From: Bacteroidaceae bacterium
Lineage (GTDB): Bacteria > Bacteroidota > Bacteroidia > Bacteroidales > Barnesiellaceae_A
Direction of reading: 5' to 3'
Length of the DNA: 64,000 nt
Assembly: GCA_017481745.1 (NCBI GenBank)
Contig: JAFUOV010000012.1
Span: 96,767-160,766, forward strand
Shown here piece by piece: positions 30,207-39,521 of the stretch. The number at the start of each line of letters is the position of its first letter. The stretch's first letter is position 1. The position numbers and the translations under genes were made by a program. Under the pieces are notes generated by a model. It made no database searches and had not been told where the DNA came from. It saw only the letters and a program-made list of their open reading frames with translations.

Positions 30207-31809
30207 GATTATTCTCTATGCATGTTACGTTGCGATAACGATTTTTGGCAATGCAAATGTAATCAATATTATTGATATGTATGGTTGTGTAGTATGCCGG
30301 CAGTTTCTCGCTCGAGGGATACCGTTGTGGAGCCAACAATCGCAATAAGCGAGAATGTAGGGCAACGTCGTCGCCGAATGATACATTGGCGTAGTGATAC
30401 GTAAGGCTGTCTTGTCTTGCAGCATCGGGGGCAAGAACATAGTATTCTATGTCGTCGGTGGTATATAGCCGGTTGTTGCCCGCTACTTTATGGGCTGCTG
30501 TAAATAGCTCTTGTGGATTGTTGAGCGATGCGTTCAGATTGGTAGAAATCCATTGCAAGGGCTTGCCATGGTAGTAGGCTGCCATGTGTGTGGCAGTCCA
30601 GCCAATGCGATATTCGTTATCGAGATTGAGCGTGTAGGGCAATGCAAACCATGCTCTTTGTGGGGTGTTGAGTGTGACACTGCCATCGGGGCTGCCGGCG
30701 TAGGTTTCGATAAGTGCTCGGTGTGTTTGTTCTACCTTGCAGTGTTCGTTGTATAACAATCCGATGAATAGTGCCATAGCAATATAAAAGAGTATTATTC
30801 CTACTCTCGTTGCTCGAGGTGCAACATATTGGTAGCCAATATCGAGCAATGGAATAAGACAAAATAGAGCCATCCCAAAGAATGAGCGACCGGCATATTG
30901 ATAGGTTGCAAGGCATATAGGCAGTAATACGGTTGCTGCTGTGAGGCTGATGCGATGTTGTGTTATAAAAGAGCTGAAGGCTTGTTTGTTGCGTCTCGAC
31001 AAGAACCATAGCACTACTGCTAATGTTGCGGGCAGAACAAGCGCCCATAGCAGAGGTTGGTACTTCTCGACAGAGAATGTCGGTTGTGAGATAGTTTCAA
31101 GTCTATTCCATGAGCCGGGAGCAATTAGTATCATAGAAGCACCGGCTATGATGCCTATTGCCAACGTAATGTGTGCAGTCGACAACTTCTTGTGGCTAAA
31201 TAGTAGTTCGATAGCTACCCCGGCAGCCAATCCGAAAGAGAGAGCTTCATTGCTCCAACCGGCTATAAAACCCATTATGAAAATAGGCGGATATAGGTAG
31301 CCTGCTATCTTTATTGTGTGTAGCTTGCGCCAGAGAAACAAAACATAAAGTATCAGAGTGCCCACCCATAGATAGTTGATAGCACCTGTAGTCCACAGCA
31401 TTGTTTCGTAATGTCCGGGCAATAGAAGGAAAAGTGCTGCCGCCGACGTGATGATGCGGCGCGGTGATAGGCGTTGTGGTGTAACAAGGCGTGCTGTCAA
31501 CAGCGAGGCGAGGACAAAAATAATGGTGTTTAAGATATTGAAAATCCACTTTGGGCAGAAGGAAACAATCGCTTGTGCAACAAACGTAACGGGCAGGCGA
31601 CCATTGACGGTGTTGTAGTGATTGATTTGCGAGGTTGCGATGTCGCCCACATTCTCTACTCGCTCGGTAGGATAACTATAGTCCGGTTGGTGAATAAAAC
31701 TATACCACCAATCGTCGCTGTAATAGGGTGTGGCGCTGTTGAATAGATAGAAACAAACAGCAATAACAAAGCAGACAAAACAGACCGATATGTTACTCTT
31801 TTGTATCAT
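30199..31809 (-). CDS. DUF6056-type putative GT-C/GtrC glycosyltransferase (paralog 2)
   Basis: PYYSDDWWY, NGR, WTTGAINYLW, WSNE, IAPG..NR. Confidence 0.78.
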   Translation of the reverse strand: MIQKSNISVCFVCFVIAVCFYLFNSATPYYSDDWWYSFIHQPDYSYPTERVENVGDIATSQINHYNTVNGRLPVTFVAQAIVSFCPKWIFNILNTIIFVLASLLTARLVTPQRLSPRRIITSAAALFLLLPGHYETMLWTTGAINYLWVGTLILYVLFLWRKLHTIKIAGYLYPPIFIMGFIAGWSNEALSFGLAAGVAIELLFSHKKLSTAHITLAIGIIAGASMILIAPGSWNRLETISQPTFSVEKYQPLLWALVLPATLAVVLWFLSRRNKQAFSSFITQHRISLTAATVLLPICLATYQYAGRSFFGMALFCLIPLLDIGYQYVAPRATRVGIILFYIAMALFIGLLYNEHCKVEQTHRALIETYAGSPDGSVTLNTPQRAWFALPYTLNLDNEYRIGWTATHMAAYYHGKPLQWISTNLNASLNNPQELFTAAHKVAGNNRLYTTDDIEYYVLAPDAARQDSLTYHYANVSFGDDVALHSRLLRLLAPQRYPSSEKLPAYYTTIHINNIDYICIAKNRYRNVTCIENNHE

Positions 31810-32737
31810 TCTGTTTCTTGTATTGTCGCATGATATATGTAGGTCGGTTCTTGGTTTCGTTGAAGATGCGTCCCAAATATTCGCCTATGATACCCAGGGA
31901 CAGAAGTTGTATTCCGCCCAAGAAAAGTATGATACACATAAGCGACGGGTATCCCGCTACGGGATCGCCCCATAAGAGAGTCTTGGCAATGATGATAATC
32001 ATGTAGATAAATGCCACCAACGAAATAATACTGCCCAATATCGACGATATGCGCAAGGGTGTAACCGAGAAAGAGGTAAGCCCCTCGATAGCGAGGTTGA
32101 GGAGTGAGAAGAAGTTCCACTTGGATGCTCCTGCAATACGTTCTTGTTGGTCGCAGAGAATTTCTTTCTTGCGGAAACCTATCCATGCATACATACCCTT
32201 GGTATATCGGCACTGCTCGCGCAGTTGTTTCAATGTGTCGATGCACTTGCGGTCGAGCAGCCTGAAGTCGCCTACATCGGGCAATACGTCGATGTCGCTG
32301 GTATGTTGCAATAGCGAGTAGTATAGTCGAGAGAACGACTTGCGCAGTGCCGAGGCATCGCCACGTGTGCGACGTCGGGCATAAACATCGTCATAACCCT
32401 CCTCCCAATAATGCAACATCTCGGGTATGGCTGTGAGAGGGTGTTGCAGGTCGGCATCGAGGATGATAGCACAATCGCCCGTCGCATGATCGAATCCGGC
32501 AAGCATGGCAGCCTCTTTGCCAAAGTTGCGCGATAGCTCTACTACAGCCACGCGACTATCTTGTGCTATAAAAGAGTCGATGATGCAAGCCGTCTTGTCG
32601 GTACTGCCATCGTTGATAAAGAGTATCTCCCAGCTGTATTGTTGGTGTTCGTTTGTAAATAAGCATAATTGGTCGTACAATGGGTGTAACGACTCCTCTT
32701 CGTTATATGCCGGAATAATGAGTGTGATAGTTTTCAT
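31793..32737 (-). CDS. gtrB: Bactoprenol glycosyltransferase, GtrB/YfdH-like GT2
   Basis: PAYNEE, NDGSTD, LSRNFGKEAA, DADLQHP, GDFRLLDR, two TM helices, GEYLGRIF.E.K.RP.Y. Confidence 0.9.
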   Translation of the reverse strand: MKTITLIIPAYNEEESLHPLYDQLCLFTNEHQQYSWEILFINDGSTDKTACIIDSFIAQDSRVAVVELSRNFGKEAAMLAGFDHATGDCAIILDADLQHPLTAIPEMLHYWEEGYDDVYARRRTRGDASALRKSFSRLYYSLLQHTSDIDVLPDVGDFRLLDRKCIDTLKQLREQCRYTKGMYAWIGFRKKEILCDQQERIAGASKWNFFSLLNLAIEGLTSFSVTPLRISSILGSIISLVAFIYMIIIIAKTLLWGDPVAGYPSLMCIILFLGGIQLLSLGIIGEYLGRIFNETKNRPTYIMRQYKKQNDTKE

Positions 32738-33147
32738 AATCTCTTGGATTTAAGTACAAACCTCACCAACAAGAAGTTGATGGGTATAACTGTGAGAAAC
32801 ATCGGTATGGGCGCAAACTTTTCCGATAAGCCCATCCACATATATAGATTAAGAAATACGATTTGCAGTAGATAGTTGATACCATGACTCATGCCAAATC
32901 CTATACCTTTCTTTACCGTAGGCTTGGTGCGGAAAGTAAAATAGTTGGATAGGAAAAAGTTGAAGACAAAACTTATTATGTACCCTATTGTGAGCGAGGT
33001 AGTAGCGCCCCAACCAATGCATTGATTGAAAAGATAATATATCGCATACTGAATGAGCGTTGCCACACATCCTACAATACCAAATCGCACCACCTCACGA
33101 AACTGAGTGGAGTGCCATATCTTGTCGATGTATTGTGCGATGCTCAT
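32734..33147 (-). CDS. gtrA: GtrA family flippase
   Basis: RFGIVG, NFFLSNYFTF, INFLLVRF; four TM helices; TATCTTTG box on the - strand at 33172-33179. Confidence 0.88.
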   Translation of the reverse strand: MSIAQYIDKIWHSTQFREVVRFGIVGCVATLIQYAIYYLFNQCIGWGATTSLTIGYIISFVFNFFLSNYFTFRTKPTVKKGIGFGMSHGINYLLQIVFLNLYMWMGLSEKFAPIPMFLTVIPINFLLVRFVLKSKRL

Positions 33148-33195
33148 GTGGTATGAAATATGATTTTGAAACAAAGATAATAATTTTTTGTGGGT

Positions 33196-34833
33196 CTATT
33201 GTAGCGGTGCTACTTCACTTGGGTAAAAAATCACCTCTTTGGTTCGTTGGAAAGGGGGCTTTTTGAGGATGATGTAATATTTGCCATCTATGAGGAATGG
33301 CTTGGATGCATCGGTGCTATAATTTTTTACATCTGTAAAAGTTGTGGATAGCGATTGTGGCATAATTATGCGGCGCAACTTGCCTGTGAGTGATAGATCG
33401 GGATCTTGCAGGCTTGCCGGATATAGGGCGTATGTGTATCTGCCAGATGGTGGTATCGTGTCGCATGGCATAATGAGCCAATTTATACTATCGGTGGTGT
33501 AAAAAGGTAACTCACCTCCCAATCGGTTGCTTGCAACGAATAAGTTTCCGGAGATTATTGCATCATATGCCGACTGCGGAAGGATGCGGAAATCCCTTTT
33601 GTGTATGTATGTTAGTGAACGATACTCATAAAACTTCCAACGCTCATCGCTTGTTTCGATGTATGGAGAGGTTAAGAAAGATGGTTTTATATCTTTTGAA
33701 ACAACATAATCGCCTGTTGTAGTTTCAAATTTTTTATAAGCGGTGTTAACTTCATTATAAAACTCTTTCCAATCGTGAGCAAAGATACACTCGTAAACAA
33801 TAAACAGAGGTAGTAAAACAATGCCTAAACGATGCGTGATGTATTTGTTATAGAATGTCGAGATATAGCTCATAATTACGATGAATGCAAACAGCTCGGC
33901 AAAAAACATTGCGCGTTCACCTGCGCCAATAAATGCGCAGAAAGCCATGTTTCCTGCCATCGTGGCTATATAAATGCGTTGCTTTTTGATAAATTGCAGG
34001 GCTTCAACTTTGTTTTTGAATAAGTGGTATAGTAGCAATAGTATCGCTATATAGAACAATCGAGCTTGAAGGAATATTGAAACCGATTGAATAAGTGTAT
34101 TTGTAATAGTAATCTCTTCAACGGGAAATCTTCGGAAATTGCCAGGGGCTAATACCATTATGGTGCAACCAATGCAGCAGGCTATGCACATGAAGATGTG
34201 CAGCCGGGTGCGCTCTTTTCTTATAAAGATGTCTAACAGCAGTGCTAATGAAATACCTATGGCAAGTGATTCGTGCGACCATCCCATTATGAATGAGGCT
34301 ATAATATAGACCGGATAATATATGGGGCGAGCATCTTTGGTGTTGTTCTGATAGATATTCAATACGAGCAGTGCGTATAGTGAGGTCCAATAATAATTGA
34401 AATTTCCTGCTATCCAATAAGGTATAATGTATCCTGCCGGCAGGGCAAAGCGCAGTCCGATTATTGCAATAAGCCAATATGTCAAATTGCGATTTTGTTT
34501 GTTGGTTGTTGTTATTACAATTGTATGAGCAAGTGCAATCCACACAATCGTGTTAAGAAAATTTATTATGAACTTGTTTTCGGTAATCAGAAATACAAGT
34601 TGCAATAGAAAATGTATAAGACTTCGACCATTGATGTATTGGTAATGCCATATTTGAGAGGTAACAATATCGGGTATCGACTCAATGCGTTCGCCATATT
34701 GATGTATATATATGTACCTATAGTAAAAGTCATCTATAATGTATGGAAACTGAAAGCTTATCCATACAAAATAGATTGCGTATAGTAATAGTGCAAACGA
34801 TAAAATAAAGTAGGACTTTTTACTCATAAACAA
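33196..34833 (-). CDS. DUF6056-type putative GT-C/GtrC glycosyltransferase (paralog 3)
   Basis: PYIIDDFYY, NGR, WIAGNFNYYW, WSHE, LAPGNFRR; visibly more AT-rich than its neighbours. Confidence 0.78.
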   Translation of the reverse strand: MFMSKKSYFILSFALLLYAIYFVWISFQFPYIIDDFYYRYIYIHQYGERIESIPDIVTSQIWHYQYINGRSLIHFLLQLVFLITENKFIINFLNTIVWIALAHTIVITTTNKQNRNLTYWLIAIIGLRFALPAGYIIPYWIAGNFNYYWTSLYALLVLNIYQNNTKDARPIYYPVYIIASFIMGWSHESLAIGISLALLLDIFIRKERTRLHIFMCIACCIGCTIMVLAPGNFRRFPVEEITITNTLIQSVSIFLQARLFYIAILLLLYHLFKNKVEALQFIKKQRIYIATMAGNMAFCAFIGAGERAMFFAELFAFIVIMSYISTFYNKYITHRLGIVLLPLFIVYECIFAHDWKEFYNEVNTAYKKFETTTGDYVVSKDIKPSFLTSPYIETSDERWKFYEYRSLTYIHKRDFRILPQSAYDAIISGNLFVASNRLGGELPFYTTDSINWLIMPCDTIPPSGRYTYALYPASLQDPDLSLTGKLRRIIMPQSLSTTFTDVKNYSTDASKPFLIDGKYYIILKKPPFQRTKEVIFYPSEVAPLQ

Positions 34834-34923
34834 TCGGTTACATAAATACTCGACAAAAGTAGAAAAAATGTTTGAATATTGCCGGGCTTTAATAGCCCTT
34901 TGTTTAGGAGCTATAAAGAAATG

Positions 34924-34957
34924 AAAAAGCGTGTGTCGTAATGCACAGACACACGCT
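34924..34957 (-). terminator. Intrinsic terminator of the Lrp/AsnC gene
   Basis: Stem AGCGTGTGTC/GACACACGCT with an A-run on the + strand. Confidence 0.7.
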
Positions 34958-34981
34958 ATATAGTTTTTATGTATTGTTTTC

Positions 34982-35458
34982 TCAATCTATATCCTCTACG
35001 TCCTCGATGGGGAGTTGGCGACGGAAGACCTCTTTGAATGAAATAAGGCTCTCGGTACGTGCCAAGCCGAGGGGTTGTAGTTTTTTGTGTATAATTTCGA
35101 GCATGTGGCTGTTATCGCGCGCATATAGTTTGATAAACATGTCGTATTCGCCGGTTGTGAAGTGGCACTCAACAACCTCGGGGATTTGTCTTAGTTGCTC
35201 AACAATGTTTGAGAAATCGCCCGGTGTTTGCAGGTAAAATCCAATGTATGCACATGTGCCAAAACCGATTTTGTTTGAATCGAGAATGTACTCAGAACCT
35301 TTAAGAACCCCTAAATTTGTAAGTTTTTGTACGCGTTGGTGGATGGCTGCTCCCGATACACCACATTCGCGAGCTACTTCGAGGAACGGAATACGAGCAT
35401 TAGCTGCAATAAGCTTCAAAATTTTATAATCCAATTCATCCAATTGATGGTGTCCCAT
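34982..35458 (-). CDS. asnC: Lrp/AsnC family transcriptional regulator
   Basis: LDELD.KIL...NARIPFLEVARECGVSGAAIHQRV HTH; EVVECHFTTG.YD RAM domain. Confidence 0.9.
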   Translation of the reverse strand: MGHHQLDELDYKILKLIAANARIPFLEVARECGVSGAAIHQRVQKLTNLGVLKGSEYILDSNKIGFGTCAYIGFYLQTPGDFSNIVEQLRQIPEVVECHFTTGEYDMFIKLYARDNSHMLEIIHKKLQPLGLARTESLISFKEVFRRQLPIEDVEDID

Positions 35459-35755
35459 AGTGTTTTAGTATTAGAAAAGTTTGTGTGTTTATGTATTGTT
35501 TTTTGCAAAGTTATAATTCAAGATTGATATTTGCAACAAGATTGACGAGAAAAATGATAAAATTTTACAATTATATCGCCTTTGTTTCATATTGTAGGCT
35601 TTATTTTGCATAAATTCCTCTTGATAAATAGGTGTAAATGGCTGGTTTACATATTTGTTTATTTTTAAGGTACAAAAACTATTGATGTGTTTTGGTGAGA
35701 TGGTGTGTTTGTATTAATTTAGCATCTCGATTTTATTGCACAATTTAGTTCGATT

Positions 35756-36289
35756 ATGATTTATAGTAGACAGCTTACATCTCAATCGCCCGAGTGGGAG
35801 GTGTTGAGGCGTATTTATGAAGACTCTTTTCCTGCCGATGAGCGTCGCGATTATGATAGTTTGTTACAATTGGTCGAAACCGAGGACTCTTTCAATATGG
35901 AAGCTGTTTATCTTGATGATATGGTAGTGGGTTTTATATCGTCGTGGCGCTTCGACGAGTGGCGGTACATAGAGCACTTTGCTGTCGATGCTGCAATGAG
36001 AGGCAGTGGAATCGGGCAGGTGGTGCTGCGAAATTTTGTTGAAAGCGATACCTTGCCGGTTGTGCTTGAGGTAGAGCCGCCTATCGACGAGATGTGCCGT
36101 CGCAGGGTCGATTTCTATACCCGACAGGGCTTTGTGTTGCACGACTCTTATCGTTATATACAACCACCATACGATAGTGGCAGAAATGAGGTGGAGCTGC
36201 GCTTGATGACTTGTGGCGCCTCTTCAGCCTGCAATCTTGATGCTCTTGCAGCCTTGTTGCACTGGCGGGTATATGGCGTGAAGCGTTAG
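35756..36289 (+). CDS. GNAT family N-acetyltransferase
   Basis: YIEHFAV...RGSGIG acetyl-CoA motif, LEVE, RR..FY.R.GF, YIQPPY. Confidence 0.88.
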   Translation: MIYSRQLTSQSPEWEVLRRIYEDSFPADERRDYDSLLQLVETEDSFNMEAVYLDDMVVGFISSWRFDEWRYIEHFAVDAAMRGSGIGQVVLRNFVESDTLPVVLEVEPPIDEMCRRRVDFYTRQGFVLHDSYRYIQPPYDSGRNEVELRLMTCGASSACNLDALAALLHWRVYGVKR

Positions 36290-36374
36290 AATGGTCTTGT
36301 CGTGAAATGTTAAAAATGATAATAAATCAATCTCCTTTGACACAAATATTATACCTTTGATGTTACAAAATAGG

Positions 36375-37262
36375 ATGGAAAAGAGATTGTGTCATATTAT
36401 AGCTACTCTCCAAGTAGTATTGCTGCTTCTTTTGGTATCGTGCAGCTCGTCTCGACAAGATGAGGTGCGTGTGGTGTCTGTTACCATTCTGCCACAGCAA
36501 TACATTGCCGAGCAAATAGCCGGCGAGCACTTCGATATTCATTGCGTAGTGCCGCAGAATAGCAATCCCGAGGCTTACGACCCCACGCCCGAACAGCTTA
36601 TAAATGTGGAGAAAAGCGTGGCATACTTGCGTGTAGGCATGATTGGTTTTGAGATGGCTTGGATGGAACGGCTCTCTCGCAACAATCCCGATATGAAGAT
36701 ATATGACACTTCGCGCGGTGTCGAATTGATAGAGGGCGTGCATACACATACCCATGGCAATGGTGTGGTGCATGCCACTCACATGGTAGACCCTCATATA
36801 TGGTGCTCGCCCGACAATGTGTGCATTATGGCACGTAACATTTGTGATGCTTTTGTAGAACTCGATCCCGAGGGTGGCGACTATTACCAAGCCAACTATG
36901 AGCGTTTTGTTCGCCGAGTTGAGCAGGTCGATTCGCTCATGACCGATATTTTGCGACCCTGTAAGGGTACAGCTTTTGCGATATATCACCCTTCGCTCAC
37001 CTATCTTGCCCGCGATTATGATTTGCAACAGTTGTGCATCGAAGAGGCAGGCAAGGAGAGCTCGGCATTGTCGATGAGAACGATTGTCGATCGTGCCCGC
37101 GATGCCGGTGTAGAGGTGGTATTTGTGCAGAAGGAGTTTAATACTCGTCAGGTCGAAACTTTTGCGCAAGAGATAGGCGCCGAGGTCGTAACGATAAATC
37201 CTCTCAACTATGATTGGGAGAATGAAATGATACACATAGCCCATGCAATTGCCCGCGAATAA
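36375..37262 (+). CDS. Zn/Mn ABC transporter substrate-binding lipoprotein (ZnuA/AdcA-like)
   Basis: LVSC lipobox, His-rich loop HTHTHG...HATH, DPHIW, YHPSL.Y. Confidence 0.9.
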   Translation: MEKRLCHIIATLQVVLLLLLVSCSSSRQDEVRVVSVTILPQQYIAEQIAGEHFDIHCVVPQNSNPEAYDPTPEQLINVEKSVAYLRVGMIGFEMAWMERLSRNNPDMKIYDTSRGVELIEGVHTHTHGNGVVHATHMVDPHIWCSPDNVCIMARNICDAFVELDPEGGDYYQANYERFVRRVEQVDSLMTDILRPCKGTAFAIYHPSLTYLARDYDLQQLCIEEAGKESSALSMRTIVDRARDAGVEVVFVQKEFNTRQVETFAQEIGAEVVTINPLNYDWENEMIHIAHAIARE

Positions 37263-37896
37263 CATATTGGTGAGCCTTTCCGATATATCGGTGTCGTACG
37301 ATGGTATGTCGGTTTTGCAACATTGCAGTATAGATGTTGCCAAGGATGATTTTGTAGTTGTTACAGGACCCAATGGCGGCGGAAAGACCACCCTGTTGCG
37401 TGCGATGCTGCGGCTGTTGAAACCCGATGCCGGCACAGTATGCTACTACAATGATAGGGTAGAGGTTGAGCACCTTAACATAGGCTATCTGCCTCAGAAA
37501 AATACTATCGACAGCCGTTTCCCTATCAGTGTGGGTGAGGTAATCTTGTCGGGCTTGTATGATAAAAAGTCGCATCTTAGCAAGCGCGAGCAGCAAGAAC
37601 GCCTCAAGGCTATATTGAAAGATTTGGGCTTGGAGCAACTCGAATGCCGTCCTATTGGAGAGTTGTCGGGCGGACAGTTGCAACGCGTGTTGTTGGGGCG
37701 TGCTGTTGTGGCGCGACCGCAGCTTTTGGTGCTCGACGAGCCGTTGTCATACATCGACGGCGAGTGGTGCGAGCGTATATACGATATGCTGGCTCGTTGG
37801 AAGAATGATATGGCGATAGTGATGGTTACTCACTATCCCGAGAGGGTTGCCGGCTTGGCAACCAAGAGCCTTCATATTGAGCGTGGTGTGTTGTAG
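37243..37896 (+). CDS. Metal ABC transporter ATP-binding protein (ZnuC-like)
   Basis: GPNGGGKTT, LSGGQLQR, LVLDEP, VTH. Confidence 0.9.
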   Translation: MQLPANNILVSLSDISVSYDGMSVLQHCSIDVAKDDFVVVTGPNGGGKTTLLRAMLRLLKPDAGTVCYYNDRVEVEHLNIGYLPQKNTIDSRFPISVGEVILSGLYDKKSHLSKREQQERLKAILKDLGLEQLECRPIGELSGGQLQRVLLGRAVVARPQLLVLDEPLSYIDGEWCERIYDMLARWKNDMAIVMVTHYPERVAGLATKSLHIERGVL

Positions 37897-37971
37897 AATA
37901 TAGAATGTGGCTCGGATGAGCAATTTCATGCAAATTTGGTTTGCATCTTCGCTTGCATTTGCGTATATTTG
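37891..37971 (+). repeat. Palindromic intergenic element, copy 2, ending in a TATATTTG -7 box
   Basis: Terminal inverted repeat AATATA/TATATT, inner stem ATGCAAA-tttgg-TTTGCAT; similar to 1836-1911. Confidence 0.55.
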
Positions 37972-38014
37972 TGTCATTAAGACTTGCAATCTGTTCAAAA
38001 ATACCACGAAAATT

Positions 38015-39343
38015 ATGATGAAACATCGCCACTCCTTACGCCACTTTATCCTATTAGCACTGCTTGTATTCTTGTTTCAACCGCTTCTCGGGCAGAAGAA
38101 AAATCTACACAATTTTGTTGAAATAGAGATTGTTCCCAACCATCCCGATTGGACGTATGAGGAGGGTGAGGATGTCAACTTTACCTTGCGAGTTGTGCGC
38201 GAGAATGTTGCGCTTACCGATGTCGAGTTGGTATATACCATTGCTCCCGAGAAATGCACTCCCTTTATTACCGATACAATCGTCGTAGCAAGCGAAGAAG
38301 TGTGTATAAATGCAGGCACAATGCGCTCACCGGGTTTCATGACTTGTACGTGCAGTGTTGTTGTCGATGGCAAGGAGTATGGCAACTATATCAATGTGGC
38401 ATTTTCGCCGCACAAGATAACCCCCACACAGACCAACCCCAAGGACTTCGACTCTTTCTGGCGAAAATCACTCGCTAAAGCAGCAAAAATACCTTTAGAA
38501 CCTCTTATAACCCTTGTCCCCGAAAAGTGTACCCCACGCACCAATGTCTACCATGTGCGCTTGCAACATTGGCGCAAAGGCACATATATGTACGGATGGC
38601 TGTGTGTACCCAAGAAAGAGGGTAAATATCCGGCAGTGCTGTGCCTGCCCGGTGCCGGTGTAAAGCCTGTTCCTGCCGAGGTCGAGTTGGCTGAGATGGG
38701 CGATGGCTTGATAACCTTCTCGATGGGTGTAAATGGTATTCCGTTGACACTCGATAAAGAGGTATATGATAACTTGCGATATGGTGTGCTCAAGGATTAT
38801 GGATATATACACCTCGATAGCAAAGAGCACTACTACTATCGTCGCATCTACACCGGATGTGTGCGAGCAATCGACTTTATTACTACGCTTGACCAATACG
38901 ATGGCGCAAACCTTGGTGTGGCAGGTGCAAGTCAAGGTGGAGCATTGTCAATTGTTACGGCGGCGCTCGATAAGCGAGTAAAAGCTCTGGCTGCGTTCTA
39001 TCCTGCTTTGTGCGATGTTACAGGTTATCTGCATGGACGTGCCGGAGGGTGGCCTCACATCTTCTCGCCGTCGAAGATGGAACTGAACAATACTCCCGAG
39101 AAGATAGCCACCACACAATATTACGATGTGGTGAACTTCGCTCGACGATTGCAAGCCCCCGGTTACTATTCGTGGGGATATAATGATGCAACAACACCTC
39201 CTACATCGTGCTATGCTGCATACAATGTGATTGCAGCCCCCAAACAACTGTTCTTGGCACGTGCAACAGCCCATTGGCGACTGCCTGAACAGAACGAAAT
39301 AGTGTATGGATGGCTATATAAAACGCTTACAAATACGAAATGA
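38015..39343 (+). CDS. Acetyl xylan esterase / cephalosporin-C deacetylase (CE7)
   Basis: Signal peptide, P.DFD.FW, nucleophile motif GASQGG, YYDVVNFA, D.TTPP, catalytic His near the C-terminus. Confidence 0.88.
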   Translation: MMKHRHSLRHFILLALLVFLFQPLLGQKKNLHNFVEIEIVPNHPDWTYEEGEDVNFTLRVVRENVALTDVELVYTIAPEKCTPFITDTIVVASEEVCINAGTMRSPGFMTCTCSVVVDGKEYGNYINVAFSPHKITPTQTNPKDFDSFWRKSLAKAAKIPLEPLITLVPEKCTPRTNVYHVRLQHWRKGTYMYGWLCVPKKEGKYPAVLCLPGAGVKPVPAEVELAEMGDGLITFSMGVNGIPLTLDKEVYDNLRYGVLKDYGYIHLDSKEHYYYRRIYTGCVRAIDFITTLDQYDGANLGVAGASQGGALSIVTAALDKRVKALAAFYPALCDVTGYLHGRAGGWPHIFSPSKMELNNTPEKIATTQYYDVVNFARRLQAPGYYSWGYNDATTPPTSCYAAYNVIAAPKQLFLARATAHWRLPEQNEIVYGWLYKTLTNTK

Positions 39344-39521
39344 TATAAAAACACAATTATTAGAATAAAAACTACACTGATGTTTTTTTGCTGATTTTTA
39401 TTTTTGTAACGTTAAATAATGGACTTTTATATTTTATACCTTAATTCTATCGCATCAGTATATAAAATACCATTAGAATAATAAATAATTAATTACTAAT
39501 ACCAACCTAATTCTACACAGA

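Noticed and set aside
37907-38014. N-terminal extensions given by the ORF track (CE7 from 37907; likewise nuoA from 7037, trmD from 6301, CNNM from 51028, PstS-like from 62308)
   Set aside because: The extensions run through promoter boxes or neighbouring genes; downstream ATGs give family-typical N-termini or signal peptides.
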